In this document: positions 28,496-39,076 of the stretch, piece after piece
How positions within the stretch are numbered: position 1 is the first letter of the stretch
Layout: every line of letters begins with the position of its first letter
Position numbers and translations under genes: made by a program
Source: an uncultured virus (IMG/VR IMGVR_UViG_3300033175_000390)
Taxonomy: Duplodnaviria; Heunggongvirae; Uroviricota; Caudoviricetes
Length of the DNA stretch: 64,000 nucleotides
Direction: 5' to 3' (one strand)
Virus record (IMG/VR): IMGVR_UViG_3300033175_000390
Notes under the pieces: model-generated
What the model was told of the DNA's origin: nothing
Database searches by the model: none
What the model saw: the letters and a program-made list of their open reading frames with translations, nothing else

Positions 28496-30486
28496 CTAAA
28501 CTTTCGCTTGACATTGAAACCTTTAGCGGTGTCGACCTCAAAAAATGTGGCTTGTATAAATATGCTGAATCGTCCGATTTTGAAATCTTGCTCCTTGGAT
28601 ACAGTGTGGATGGCGGCGAGGTGCGGGTTATCGACCTCGCAGGCGGCGAAGGCATACCTCACAGTATTCTTGAAGCCTTAACGGACGATGATGTGCAAAA
28701 GTGGGCTTTCAATAGCTCTTTTGAACGCATCTGCCTTTCCCGCTATCTGCGAGATATGGGCATCAACCTTGACCCTTTCGCCAACAATCATCACTCTGCC
28801 AACATGCTCGGCAAAGCGAAATATCTGAACCCCAAATCGTGGCGATGCTCGATGGTCTGGTCGGCTTATATGGGTATGCCGCTCTCCCTCGAAGGCGCGG
28901 GAACGGTTTTGGGACTTGAGAAGCAGAAGCTGACCGAAGGCAAGGAACTAATCAGGTACTTCTGCTCGCCCTGCAAACCGACCGCCGCCAACGGGCAGCG
29001 GAAGCGCAACCGACCCGAACACGCTCCGGACAAATGGGAATCATTCAAAGCATACAACCGCCGAGATGTAGAAGCCGAACTTTCAATTCAAGAGCGGCTC
29101 GCCAAGTTCCCCGTGCCTGATAATGTATGGGAAGAATACGCCCACGACCAAGAGATTAACGACCGCGGTGTTGCTCTGGACATGACCCTTGTCCAAAATG
29201 CCATCAAAGCGGATAATCGATCCCGAACCGAATTGATCCGTTTGATAAAGGAACTGACCGACCTCGACAACCCAAACTCCGTACAGCAGATGAAAGAGTG
29301 GCTCGCGGATAACGGTATGGAAACCGACTCCCTCGGCAAAAAGGCGGTAGCGGAGCTGCTCAAGGATGCGCCGGAACCGCTTGGCAAGGTGCTGGCCCTT
29401 CGTCAGCAATTGGCGAAATCCTCGGTAAAGAAATATCAGGCTATGGAAAACGCCGTCTGCGCCGATGGCCGCGCTCGTGGAATGTTCCAGTTCTACGGCG
29501 CCAACCGAACCGGCAGATGGGCCGGGCGGCTCATTCAAATGCAAAACCTCCCCCAGAATCATCTGCCCGACCTTGAACAGGCGCGAGGGCTTGTTCATGA
29601 TGGCGCCTTCGCCGCTTTGGAACTGCTCTATGACAACATTCCCGATCTGCTTTCTCAATTAATCCGCACCGCGTTTGTACCGAAGGACGGTCATAAGCTA
29701 ATTGTCGCTGACTTTTCGGCGATTGAAGCCCGCGTCATCGCTTGGCTTGCCGGGGAGCGGTGGCGAAACGAGGTGTTTGCTACCCACGGCAAAATTTACG
29801 AAGCGTCAGCCAGCCAGATGTTCAACGTGCCGATTGAGGTAGTCACCAAAGGCTCCCCGCTACGGCAGAAAGGAAAGATCGCCGAACTCGCCCTCGGCTA
29901 CGGCGGCTCGGTCGGCGCGCTCAAAGCGATGGGGGCCTTGGAGATGGGTTTATCGGAAGAGGAACTGCGTCCGCTCGTTTCCGCCTGGCGGGCAGCGAAC
30001 CCAAACATCGTGCGGTTTTGGTGGGATGTTGACCGCGCCGCTATGACGGCGGTCAGGGATAGGACGGTGACCGAAACCCATGGCATCCGCTTCGGCTACC
30101 AAAGCGGGATGCTGTTCATCACGCTTCCATCCGGCAGACGGCTTTCCTACGTCAAGCCCCGTATCGGGACAAACCAGTTCGGCTCGGACTGTGTGACCTA
30201 CGAAGGCATCGGTGGCACGAAAAAATGGGAGCGTATCGAAAGTTATGGTCCCAAGTTCGTTGAGAACATTGTACAGGCGACAAGCCGGGATATTCTATCC
30301 TATGCCATGCAGACGCTCCGCCATTGCTCCATCGTGATGCACATCCACGACGAAGTCGTCATAGAAGCTGACCCAAGATTATCTACCGAGGTTCTGTGTC
30401 AGCAAATGAACCGGACGCCGCCTTGGGCGGAAGGGCTTCTGCTTGTTGCCGATGGGTTCGATTGCTCGTTTTACAAAAAAGATTAA
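28483..30486 (+). CDS. Phage family A DNA polymerase
   Basis: DIET exonuclease motif, RTGRWAG, ADFSAIEAR, KIAELALGYG, HIHDE. Confidence 0.92.
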   Translation: MDKIAKLSLDIETFSGVDLKKCGLYKYAESSDFEILLLGYSVDGGEVRVIDLAGGEGIPHSILEALTDDDVQKWAFNSSFERICLSRYLRDMGINLDPFANNHHSANMLGKAKYLNPKSWRCSMVWSAYMGMPLSLEGAGTVLGLEKQKLTEGKELIRYFCSPCKPTAANGQRKRNRPEHAPDKWESFKAYNRRDVEAELSIQERLAKFPVPDNVWEEYAHDQEINDRGVALDMTLVQNAIKADNRSRTELIRLIKELTDLDNPNSVQQMKEWLADNGMETDSLGKKAVAELLKDAPEPLGKVLALRQQLAKSSVKKYQAMENAVCADGRARGMFQFYGANRTGRWAGRLIQMQNLPQNHLPDLEQARGLVHDGAFAALELLYDNIPDLLSQLIRTAFVPKDGHKLIVADFSAIEARVIAWLAGERWRNEVFATHGKIYEASASQMFNVPIEVVTKGSPLRQKGKIAELALGYGGSVGALKAMGALEMGLSEEELRPLVSAWRAANPNIVRFWWDVDRAAMTAVRDRTVTETHGIRFGYQSGMLFITLPSGRRLSYVKPRIGTNQFGSDCVTYEGIGGTKKWERIESYGPKFVENIVQATSRDILSYAMQTLRHCSIVMHIHDEVVIEADPRLSTEVLCQQMNRTPPWAEGLLLVADGFDCSFYKKD

Positions 30487-30490
30487 ATGC

Positions 30491-30539
30491 CAGTACGCAA
30501 AACAACCCCTCCTGTCTGTAGGCAGTAGAGGGGTTTGTT
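30491..30539 (+). promoter_or_regulatory. Conserved hairpin/promoter motif copy 2
   Basis: CAGTACGCAA-AACAACCCCT-CCTGTCTGTAGGCAGTAGAGGGGTTTGTT; compensatory stem changes. Confidence 0.7.
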
Positions 30540-30572
30540 ACCTCTCGAAAATATTTTTTCAGGAGGTTCAAT

Positions 30573-31337
30573 ATGAACGGATTACAAGTGTTCTCCTATG
30601 AGGGGAACGAAGTCAGGACTGTCCAAAAGGGCGATGGAACTTGGTGGGTGTTGAAGGATGTGTGTGACATTCTGGAATTGACCAGTCCCCACAAAGTAGC
30701 CGAGCGGTTGGATCATGACGAAAAGGGGCGGAGTCTGATTCCGACCCTTGGTGGAAATCAGGAACTCACGGTTGTCAGCGAAAGTGGTCTCTACAATGTT
30801 ATCCTCCGCTCCGACAAGCCCGAAGCCAAGAAGTTCAAACGCTGGGTCACTCATGAGGTACTTCCCACCATCCGCAGACACGGCGCATATGTTACGCCCG
30901 CCAAATTAGAAGAGTTGATGAACGACCCTGACTCTTGGATTAAGGTGTTGACCGCCCTTAAGGAGGAGCGCACCGCCAAGGAACAGCTGCAACTGGAGGC
31001 CACCGAGAATAAGCCAAAGGTTATCTTCGCCGATGCGGTATCAGTATCCGATGGAACCATCCTAATTGGTGAACTGGCGAAAATCCTCAAAGGCAACGGT
31101 ATCGAAATCGGTCAAAACCGTCTGTTTGAAAAACTGCGTCAGGACGGCTACCTCATCAAGCGCAAAGGAACGGATTATAACGCGCCAACCCAAAAGGCGA
31201 TGGAACTGGGGCTTTTTAGGGTCAAGGAAACTGCCATCACCCATTCGGACGGACACGTCACTATCAGCAAGACCACAAAAGTCACAGGCAAGGGGCAGCA
31301 ATATTTCATCAATCTGTTTCTTGGGAAGGAGTTATAA
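30573..31337 (+). CDS. Phage antirepressor (BRO-N + KilAC/ANT)
   Basis: SESGLYNVILRSDKPEAKKFKRWVTHEVLP; TKVTGKGQQYF. Confidence 0.9.
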   Translation: MNGLQVFSYEGNEVRTVQKGDGTWWVLKDVCDILELTSPHKVAERLDHDEKGRSLIPTLGGNQELTVVSESGLYNVILRSDKPEAKKFKRWVTHEVLPTIRRHGAYVTPAKLEELMNDPDSWIKVLTALKEERTAKEQLQLEATENKPKVIFADAVSVSDGTILIGELAKILKGNGIEIGQNRLFEKLRQDGYLIKRKGTDYNAPTQKAMELGLFRVKETAITHSDGHVTISKTTKVTGKGQQYFINLFLGKEL

Positions 31338-31340
31338 ACA

Positions 31341-31631
31341 ATGGTGTCTGAAAGAAAACAATCCGTTAAAGCGGCTCTGAAGAAGGTTGGCAAGGCCGTC
31401 TGGTCAGCGTTTCCGTGGATATTTATGTGGATTGGGCTGGCCTGCTTCTTCTCACTCTTATTTATCAGTGCGGACAAAAGTGCGGAACGGGCTAAACAGC
31501 TTGCCGCGCTTGAAGCCGAGAACGCCATGTACGAATCGGCAAACACCCGCCTTGATGAAGAAATCGACTGGCTGCGTTCGCTCGTAGAGCAGTATTACCA
31601 AGGGGAGGCGCCTGATGGACAAGTACAATAG
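31341..31631 (+). CDS. Single-pass membrane protein with coiled coil
   Basis: Hydrophobic segment followed by heptad-like stretch. Confidence 0.6.
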   Translation: MVSERKQSVKAALKKVGKAVWSAFPWIFMWIGLACFFSLLFISADKSAERAKQLAALEAENAMYESANTRLDEEIDWLRSLVEQYYQGEAPDGQVQ

Positions 31632-32037
31632 TGAGGGCTACCCAGACCCGACTGCCTACGAAGCACTCTCGGCGGTTGCCAGATCGGAAATCCCGGTAAA
31701 AATTTATCGTCCGCTTGTTTATGTCGCATCGCCGTTCTCCGGGGATACGGAATACAACATTAGGAGAGCACAGGGTTATTGCCGCTTTGCCGTTTCCAAG
31801 GGGTGCATCCCGATTGCACCCCACCTCCACTACCCACAGTTTATGGATGACGATGACAGAGAGCAGCGAGAATTGGGGCTGTTCTTTGCCCTTGTCCTGC
31901 TTGGTAAATGCGATGAACTATGGGTTTTCGGCAAGCCTTCCGATGGTATGGCTCGTGAAATCGCCAAGGCAAAAAAACGCGGTATGCCTATCAAATACTA
32001 CAACCACAAATGCGAGGTGCCGGAATATGGAACTTAA
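31615..32037 (+). CDS. DUF4406-like phage protein
   Basis: NSEGYPDPT, VYVASPFSGD, APHLHYPQF. Confidence 0.8.
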   Translation: MDKYNSEGYPDPTAYEALSAVARSEIPVKIYRPLVYVASPFSGDTEYNIRRAQGYCRFAVSKGCIPIAPHLHYPQFMDDDDREQRELGLFFALVLLGKCDELWVFGKPSDGMAREIAKAKKRGMPIKYYNHKCEVPEYGT

Positions 32038-34351
32038 AATCGCATATGGCGACAGCCGTCTGGCAAAACGGTGGGTCAATAAAAAAACCACCTTTGACGA
32101 GTTATGCGAACGGTTCAAAGTCACCCGCCGTACAACTGAAACTGTCGCAGAATACAAGAGATTCACCAAAGACCGCCGCGACGCCGCAAAAGACGTAGGC
32201 GGCTATGTCCTTGGCCACCTCAAAAGCGGCAGGCGTAAAAAGGATACGGTGGAAAGCCGCTCCGGGATAACTCTTGACGCCGATCACGCCGGCAGCAATT
32301 TTATCGACACCGTGGAGATGTTGTTTTCTCACAAGTGCGTGATCTACTCCACCCACAGCCATACGCCGGAAGGACCCCGGCTCCGTATGGTTGTCCCGCT
32401 TGCCCGCGAGGTTTCGCCGGACGAATACGTTGCCGTTTCCCGACTGGTAGCGGAAGTCATCGGTATGGACTTCTTCGACGACAGCACCTATGAACCGGAA
32501 CGTTTGATGTACTGGCCGTCCACACCTTCCGACGGTGAATATATCTTCAAAACAATCGACGGCGATGTACTTGACCCTGACGCATACCTATCCAAACTCT
32601 CCGACTGGCACGACTGCTCGCTCTGGCCTACGTCAAGCCGCCAGTCTGAGGTGATACAGCGCAGCATCCGACAACAGCAAGACCCTCTCGCCAAGGATAG
32701 CGTGGTCGGCGCTTTCTGCCGCGCCTATCCGATTGAGGATGTGATTGCAACATTCCTGCCTGACATCTACGAGCCATCAGCAATGGGCGGCCGCTACGAT
32801 TATATCCCCGCCGACAGTTCGGCGGGCGTGGTGCTGTATGAAAGCAAATGGTCGTATTCCCATCACGCCACCGACCCCGCCTGTGGCAAGCTACTAAACG
32901 CCTTTGACCTCGTCCGCATCCATAAGTTCACCGACCTTGACGATAAGGCTGGTTTCAAGGCGATGAGCGAATTTGCAGTACAGGATGAAAATGTAAAGCT
33001 GCTGCTTGCCGAAGAACGCATTGCAAAGGCTGAAAGCGACTTTGACGAAGATGCGGATTGGAAATCCGGGCTTCAGCGTGAGAAAAGCGGCATCCTCTCC
33101 AACACCCTCGGCAACCTGCTCCTTATCTTGAACAACGATGAAACCTTAACGGGCATCCGGCACAATCGGCTTGCCAACCAAATATACGGCGAAGAACTGC
33201 CCTGGGAACGACCCCATAAACCGTGGCGGGATGTCGACACAGCCCAGCTTGTAGCTTTCATCGATAAACGCTACGGCACGTTCTCGGCTCGAAACTATGA
33301 ACTTGCCTTGACAAAGGTCGCCGACGACCGTGCCTACCACCCGATTCGAGAATACCTCGAAGGCTTGCCCGAATGGGACAAGGTCCCTCGAATCGACACA
33401 CTGCTCATTGACTACCTCGGCGCTGAAGATTCCCCATATACCAGAGCCGTCACCCGCAAGACCCTCGTGGCAGCGGTGGCTCGAATTATATTCCCCGGCA
33501 CAAAGCACGACTCCATTCTTGTGCTCAACGGCAAGCAGGGTATCGGAAAGTCCACCCTCTTTTCCAAACTGGGGCAGCAATGGTACTCCGACAGCCTTTC
33601 CATATCGGACATGAAGGACAAAACCGCCCCGGAGAAGCTGCAAGGCTACTGGATACTGGAACTCGGTGAGCTTGCGGGCATTAAGAAAATAGACGTTGAG
33701 ACGGTGAAATCCTTTATTACCCGCACGGATGATAAGTATCGTCCTTCCTATGGCCGGGCGGTCGAAAGCCATCCACGCCAATGCATTATCGTAGGTACAA
33801 CCAACTCAGACGGCGGATTCCTGCGGGACATCACGGGCAACAGGCGCTTCTGGCCTGTTTGGGTATCCGGTGAAGGCAAATACCGTGCTTGGGAACTGAC
33901 GGATATAGACCAGATTTGGGCGGAAGCCCTTGTAAAATATCAAGACGGTGAGGAGTTGTTCTTAAAAGGTGAGGTTGCAATGGCGGCTTTCGCCGAACAG
34001 CGCAACGCTCTGGAGAACGACGAGCGCGAGGGCATGGTTTTAGATTACCTTGAAACCCTGCTCCCTGAAAGTTGGGACACAATGGATATTTATCGCAGGA
34101 TAGAATACATCCGTTCACCTGACGACCCTACAAGGGCGAACGGAAGCATCCGCAGGAATCAAGTCTGCGTGATGGAGATATGGTGCGAGTGCTTCGGTAA
34201 GCCCCGCGAGTCCATAAAGAAAGCTGATTCCTATGAGATTCAAGGCATATTGAATCGTATCGGTGGCTGGTCTCTATTCGATGGAAATAAAACCGGCAAA
34301 AAATCCTTGCCCATCTATGGCATCCAGAGGGTGTTCGTTAGAACGGAATGA
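32027..34351 (+). CDS. Virulence-associated E family primase/helicase
   Basis: YSTHSH primase-like motif; GKQGIGKS, ELGEL, TGNRRF. Confidence 0.9.
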   Translation: MELKIAYGDSRLAKRWVNKKTTFDELCERFKVTRRTTETVAEYKRFTKDRRDAAKDVGGYVLGHLKSGRRKKDTVESRSGITLDADHAGSNFIDTVEMLFSHKCVIYSTHSHTPEGPRLRMVVPLAREVSPDEYVAVSRLVAEVIGMDFFDDSTYEPERLMYWPSTPSDGEYIFKTIDGDVLDPDAYLSKLSDWHDCSLWPTSSRQSEVIQRSIRQQQDPLAKDSVVGAFCRAYPIEDVIATFLPDIYEPSAMGGRYDYIPADSSAGVVLYESKWSYSHHATDPACGKLLNAFDLVRIHKFTDLDDKAGFKAMSEFAVQDENVKLLLAEERIAKAESDFDEDADWKSGLQREKSGILSNTLGNLLLILNNDETLTGIRHNRLANQIYGEELPWERPHKPWRDVDTAQLVAFIDKRYGTFSARNYELALTKVADDRAYHPIREYLEGLPEWDKVPRIDTLLIDYLGAEDSPYTRAVTRKTLVAAVARIIFPGTKHDSILVLNGKQGIGKSTLFSKLGQQWYSDSLSISDMKDKTAPEKLQGYWILELGELAGIKKIDVETVKSFITRTDDKYRPSYGRAVESHPRQCIIVGTTNSDGGFLRDITGNRRFWPVWVSGEGKYRAWELTDIDQIWAEALVKYQDGEELFLKGEVAMAAFAEQRNALENDEREGMVLDYLETLLPESWDTMDIYRRIEYIRSPDDPTRANGSIRRNQVCVMEIWCECFGKPRESIKKADSYEIQGILNRIGGWSLFDGNKTGKKSLPIYGIQRVFVRTE

Positions 34352-34565
34352 AGCGTTTTTATTGCCTGTCTGCTCGTTTGGGGGCTTCGGCAACCAAACT
34401 CGGCAAAGTCGCAAGCCCCTAATAAATCAAGGTTCTGCGGTTGCTGTTTCCCTTATTGCCCATTTTATTCTACTAATTTATATAGGTAAGGATAAGGGTA
34501 ATAGGCACACGTAAAACGCACGCGTAGTAATTATAGGAAAAATCGGGCAAACGGCAATTGAGAAA
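34352..34565. other. Putative replication origin with GGCAA/TTGCC iterons
   Basis: Multiple GGCAA/TTGCC boxes around an AT-rich core directly after the VirE gene. Confidence 0.4.
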
Positions 34566-34577
34566 TTGGAGGTCATC

Positions 34578-34865
34578 GTGAGAGAAAAAACCATAGAACA
34601 AAAACTCATAAAAGCGGTCAAGGCAGTGGGCGGTATCGCACCTAAATTTACAAGTCCCGGTTTTGATGGAATGCCCGACCGCCTTGTTCTCCTGCCACGT
34701 GGCAAAATCGCCTTTGTTGAAGTGAAGCGGCATGGGGAGAAACCCCGACCTTTGCAGGAAGCGCGGCATGGGTTGCTTCGGCGGTTGGGTTTTGCGGTCT
34801 ACGTTTTGGACGATGGAGAGCAAATCGAAGAAATCTTAGAACAGATAGGAGGTGATGCCGAATGA
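34578..34865 (+). CDS. VRR-NUC domain nuclease
   Basis: GMPDRLVLL...FVEVK...PRPLQ. Confidence 0.9.
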   Translation: MREKTIEQKLIKAVKAVGGIAPKFTSPGFDGMPDRLVLLPRGKIAFVEVKRHGEKPRPLQEARHGLLRRLGFAVYVLDDGEQIEEILEQIGGDAE

Positions 34866-36225
34866 AGTTCATACCGCACGATTACCAGCGATATGCCACC
34901 GAGTATATCAAAGAAAAGCCTGTTGCTGCTATATTCCTCGATATGGGCTTGGGTTAGGTAAGACTGTGTTAACACTCACTGCCATTGCCGACCTGCTGTT
35001 TGACAGCTTCGAAGCCCACAGGATTTTAGTCATCGCACCTTTGCGAGTTGCCCGAAACACGTGGCCGGAAGAACTTCACAAATGGGAGCATCTCGACCAC
35101 CTGCGGTATTCGGTGGCGGTCGGCACGGAAGCGGAGCGGAAAGCGGCACTACGAGCCAAATCAGATATTTACATCATCAACCGTGAAAACATCCAGTGGC
35201 TGATTGAGGACAGCAGTATCCCCTTTGACTTTGACACCTTGGTAATTGATGAACTGTCCAGCTTCAAAAACCACCAGACAAAACGCTTCAGGTCTTTAAT
35301 GAAAGTTCGCCCCAAGGTTAAACGCATCATCGGGCTGACGGGAACGCCGAGCAGCAACGGACTAATGGATTTATGGGCTGAATATCGGCTACTTGACATG
35401 GGACAGCGGCTTGGAAGGTTTATCGGGCAGTATCGCACGGCATACTTCACGCCTGATAAGCGGAATGGTCAGGTCATCTTCAGCTACAAGCCCCTGCCCG
35501 ATGCGGAAAAGCAAATATACGCTAAAATTACCGACATCACCATTTCCATGAAATCCACTGACCATCTGATCATGCCTGAACTGGTAACCGCCGAATACTT
35601 GGTCACTTTATCGGGCAAAGAGCGTGAGCGGTACGATGAACTTAGGCAGGACTTGGTGCTGAAACTGGTAGGTGGCGAAATTACAGCCGCAAATGCCGCC
35701 GCCCTGTCAGGCAAGCTCTGCCAAATGGCAAATGGTGCGGTTTATGGTGATGATGGCGAAGTCCACCACATCCACGACCGCAAGTTGGATGCCCTTGAGG
35801 ATTTAATCGAAGCCGCCAACGGCAAGCCGGTTCTAGTGGCGTACTGGTTCAAGCACGACTTGGAGCGAATAAAAGAACGGCTGCAAAAACTGCATATCCC
35901 TTTTTTACAGCTTGATTCATCCGAGAGCATCACCTGTTGGAATCGCAGAGAACTGCCCGTGGCACTTGTCCATCCCGCTTCAGCAGGCCACGGGCTGAAC
36001 CTTCAAACAGGTGGCGGCGCTATTATATGGTTCGGGCTGACATGGAGTCTTGAGCTTTACCAACAGACCAACGCCCGCCTATGGCGGCAGGGTCAGACCG
36101 CCGAAACGGTGGTTCTCCACCACATAATCGCCAAAGACACCCTTGACGAGCGGGTGATGAAAGCCCTGTCCGATAAAGACAGGACGCAGACCGCCTTAAT
36201 CGAAGCGGTAAAAGCCAATCTATGA
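34862..36225 (+). pseudogene. SNF2-family helicase, frameshifted at Walker A
   Basis: RBS-led MKFIPHDYQ...LDMGLG* then KT..., DELS, LTGTP, QTNARLWRQGQ in another frame; extra 5 nt at 34955-34959. Confidence 0.8.
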
Positions 36226-36282
36226 AAATCTATGGAGTCAATAGCTGCCAATCCGAGTGGACTAAATTATCGGAGGTAGCCT

Positions 36283-36714
36283 ATGAGCAAGCCAAAACTG
36301 TCGGCAAAGGACTATCTGTCCCAAGCCTACCGTATAGACCAGCGCATCAACAGCAAGATTGAGCAGGTACAGTCACTGCGAGACATCACCGAAAAAGCGA
36401 GCGCCACCCTGTCGGACGTGCCGCCAAGCAAAGGAACCCGTAATGTCCACCGCATGGAGGATGTTATCGCCAAGATGGTGGATTTAGAGTCGGAAATTAA
36501 CGCCGACCTGACCCGCCTTATAAACCTGAAGCATGAAATCGTCACGGTGATTAAGTGCGTAGAAAGCCCCGAATTGCAGACCCTTCTGGAACTGAGGTAT
36601 CTTTGTTTTAAGACTTGGGAGCAGATAGCGGTTGCGCTGCATTTCGATCTCCGCTGGGTACACCGTCTCCACAACCGCGCCTTGAACGAGGTAGAATTAA
36701 TACGCCACTGTTGA
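36283..36714 (+). CDS. DUF1492 / ArpU-RinA-like late transcriptional activator
   Basis: AKDYLSQAY...LLELRYL...TWEQIA; precedes packaging genes. Confidence 0.8.
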   Translation: MSKPKLSAKDYLSQAYRIDQRINSKIEQVQSLRDITEKASATLSDVPPSKGTRNVHRMEDVIAKMVDLESEINADLTRLINLKHEIVTVIKCVESPELQTLLELRYLCFKTWEQIAVALHFDLRWVHRLHNRALNEVELIRHC

Positions 36715-36834
36715 CCACTATAATACCTCTAAGGGACCTGTTATTATTAGAATAGCAAAGTTGAATGCACACACGAGCCTCGCGGGAGCAATTCCACGGG
36801 GCTTTTTCTATGCCCCGAAACGGAGGAAAAAGCA

Positions 36835-37185
36835 ATGCCATATAAAGCGAAGAAGCCGTGCGCCCACAGAAGCTGCCGTGAATTGACTTCGAGCCGCTAC
36901 TGCGAAGCCCATACAAAACAGGAAGCCAAACGATATAACAGGAACGACCGCGACCCTGACAGCAACAAACGCTACGGCAGGACATGGAAACAAATCCGCG
37001 CGGCGTTCCTGTCAGCGAACCCGCTGTGCGCGATGTGTCAACGTGACGGACGGCTTACTCCCGCGACGCTTGCCCACCACAAAGTCAAGCTGACTGATGG
37101 CGGCACGAACGACTGGGAGAACATGATGGCGCTTTGTCAAGAATGCCACTCAAGGCTTCACGCTGGGCAAGGCGACTACTTTTAG
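36835..37185 (+). CDS. HNH endonuclease (packaging-associated)
   Basis: NPLCAMC...HH...NMMALCQECHSRLH before terminase. Confidence 0.9.
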   Translation: MPYKAKKPCAHRSCRELTSSRYCEAHTKQEAKRYNRNDRDPDSNKRYGRTWKQIRAAFLSANPLCAMCQRDGRLTPATLAHHKVKLTDGGTNDWENMMALCQECHSRLHAGQGDYF

Positions 37186-37312
37186 GTTCAGACCGAGGGG
37201 CGGTCTCAATCCCTGTGGCTGTTAAGGCGGACAGCGCGTTCGGCCTTTCGTGTGAATTTTTCAAAAATCAAAAATCAAAAAATCAAAACGGAAATCAAAA
37301 CCGAGGAGGTGA
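37186..37312. other. Putative cos/packaging region with AAATCAAAA repeats
   Basis: Position between HNH and terS; four AAATCAAAA units at 37264-37300. Confidence 0.4.
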
Positions 37313-37318
37313 CGCTTT

Positions 37319-37819
37319 ATGCCCAGCGGCGGTTATCGTCCGGGGGCAGGCCGTCCTCGGAAGAACCCAATCGATAAGAAGCTTGAAGGCAAAACTGCCA
37401 ACACGAATGTTACGAGTCAGCCCAAACCCAAAAAGGTTAATTCCAAAAATGTGATGGCGGACTACTTCTCTATGGCGATGAAGGAATGTGAAAAGGAAGT
37501 GCCATCGGCGGACGTGCTGCGAAACGAAATCGAGGAATACATTGCGGCTCGCGGCTGTGACGGTTATGTCGCGCCGCAGACAATTACGGACTATGTGCTG
37601 AACAGACAAGGCTTTCTTGCCTGCGAAGCCATGAACCGCAAAATCGGACGCATGACCAAGGAACTAAAGCTGTCGCCCTACGTCACGGCGGGTTCAGCTT
37701 ACTATAAGGCAATGCAAGGCGACTTTAACCTGATTATGCAAATTATCAATCGGCACAGCGGGAATCAGGGCGAAGAAAAGAACGCTTTCCTCGAACTGCT
37801 CACAAACAGGGGGTTTTAG
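37319..37819 (+). CDS. Terminase small subunit (probable)
   Basis: GGYRPGAGRPRK N-terminus, SPYV motif, position. Confidence 0.7.
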   Translation: MPSGGYRPGAGRPRKNPIDKKLEGKTANTNVTSQPKPKKVNSKNVMADYFSMAMKECEKEVPSADVLRNEIEEYIAARGCDGYVAPQTITDYVLNRQGFLACEAMNRKIGRMTKELKLSPYVTAGSAYYKAMQGDFNLIMQIINRHSGNQGEEKNAFLELLTNRGF

Positions 37820-37822
37820 GAT

Positions 37823-39076
37823 ATGAAATCGACCGAGAGATTTGAAAAAGTAAATATAGACCGGCTTGTGCCATACGCCCGCAACGCGAGGATCCACAGC
37901 AAGGAGCAGATTTTACAGCTTCGCTCAAGCCTACGGGAATTTGGCTTTGTATCCCCTATCATCGCGGACAAAGAGTTAAACATCATTGCAGGACACGGCC
38001 GTGTCCTCGCCGCCAAAGCCGAAGGCTTAACCGAAATCCCCTGCGTGTTTGTGGAGCATCTGACCGAAGCCCAGAAAAAAGCGTATATCCTCGCCGACAA
38101 CCGTCTGGCTCTCAGCGCTGGATGGGATGAGGAGCTGCTGGCATTGGAATTTGCCGACCTCAAGGAACTCGGCTTTGACCTCGAAATAACGGGCTTTGAC
38201 ACCGACGAGATTGAAAAACTCTTCGCCGACTCCGACGGCGAGGTAACTGATGACGACTTTGACCTTACAGCCGCCCTTGAACAGGCGGCTTTTGTTTTGC
38301 CCGGTGATTTGTGGACGCTGGGGCGGCACCGGCTTATCTGCGGCGACGCCACCGATGCCGATACATTGAAAAGGCTGATGGACGGACGCAAGGCTAACCT
38401 CGTCCTCACTGATCCCCCTTACAACGTCAGCTTTGAGTCTGCGAGCGGACTGAAAATCAAGAACGACAGCATGAAAGCCGAGCAGTTCTATAACTTCCTG
38501 CTCTCAGCTTTCCGCAACCTCGCTGAGAACCTCGAAGGCGGCGGCTCGGTATATATCTTCCACGCCGACACCGAGGGCGAGAACTTCCGCAGAGCGTTCC
38601 GGGAGTCGGGCTTCCACCTTTCGGGAACATGCATCTGGGTAAAGGACAGCTTCGTTATGGGACGCTCACCCTACCAGTGGCAGCATGAGCCTATCCTCTA
38701 TGGTTGGTTGAAAACGGGAACGCACAAATGGTACGCGGGGAGAGCCGAAGCGACCATCTGGAACTTCGCCAAACCGAAGCGCAACAGCGACCACCCGACC
38801 AGTAAACCCCTCGATCTGCTTGCTTACCCCATCAGGAACAGCAGTCAGGCGAACGGTATCGTACTCGACACCTTCGGAGGTAGCGGCTCGACGCTCATTG
38901 CCTGCGAGCAAGCGGATAGAATCTGCAATATGCTCGAACTGGACGAAAAATACGCGTCGGTCATCCTGCGCCGTTATGCCGTGTTCAAGCAAAACGACGG
39001 TGCGGACATCACTTGCGAACGTGGCGGCAAGACATTCCGATATGCCGACCTCGTGAAGGAGGTGGCGGGAAAATGA
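37823..39076 (+). CDS. ParB-like domain fused to N4/N6 DNA methyltransferase
   Basis: IIAGHGR, TDPPYNV, HPTSKP, DTFGGSGST. Confidence 0.9.
   Translation: MKSTERFEKVNIDRLVPYARNARIHSKEQILQLRSSLREFGFVSPIIADKELNIIAGHGRVLAAKAEGLTEIPCVFVEHLTEAQKKAYILADNRLALSAGWDEELLALEFADLKELGFDLEITGFDTDEIEKLFADSDGEVTDDDFDLTAALEQAAFVLPGDLWTLGRHRLICGDATDADTLKRLMDGRKANLVLTDPPYNVSFESASGLKIKNDSMKAEQFYNFLLSAFRNLAENLEGGGSVYIFHADTEGENFRRAFRESGFHLSGTCIWVKDSFVMGRSPYQWQHEPILYGWLKTGTHKWYAGRAEATIWNFAKPKRNSDHPTSKPLDLLAYPIRNSSQANGIVLDTFGGSGSTLIACEQADRICNMLELDEKYASVILRRYAVFKQNDGADITCERGGKTFRYADLVKEVAGK

Noticed and set aside
34852..34960. ORF-track N-terminus MMPNEVH... of SNF2
   Set aside because: Off-frame; the RBS-led MKFIPHDYQ frame carries the conserved residues
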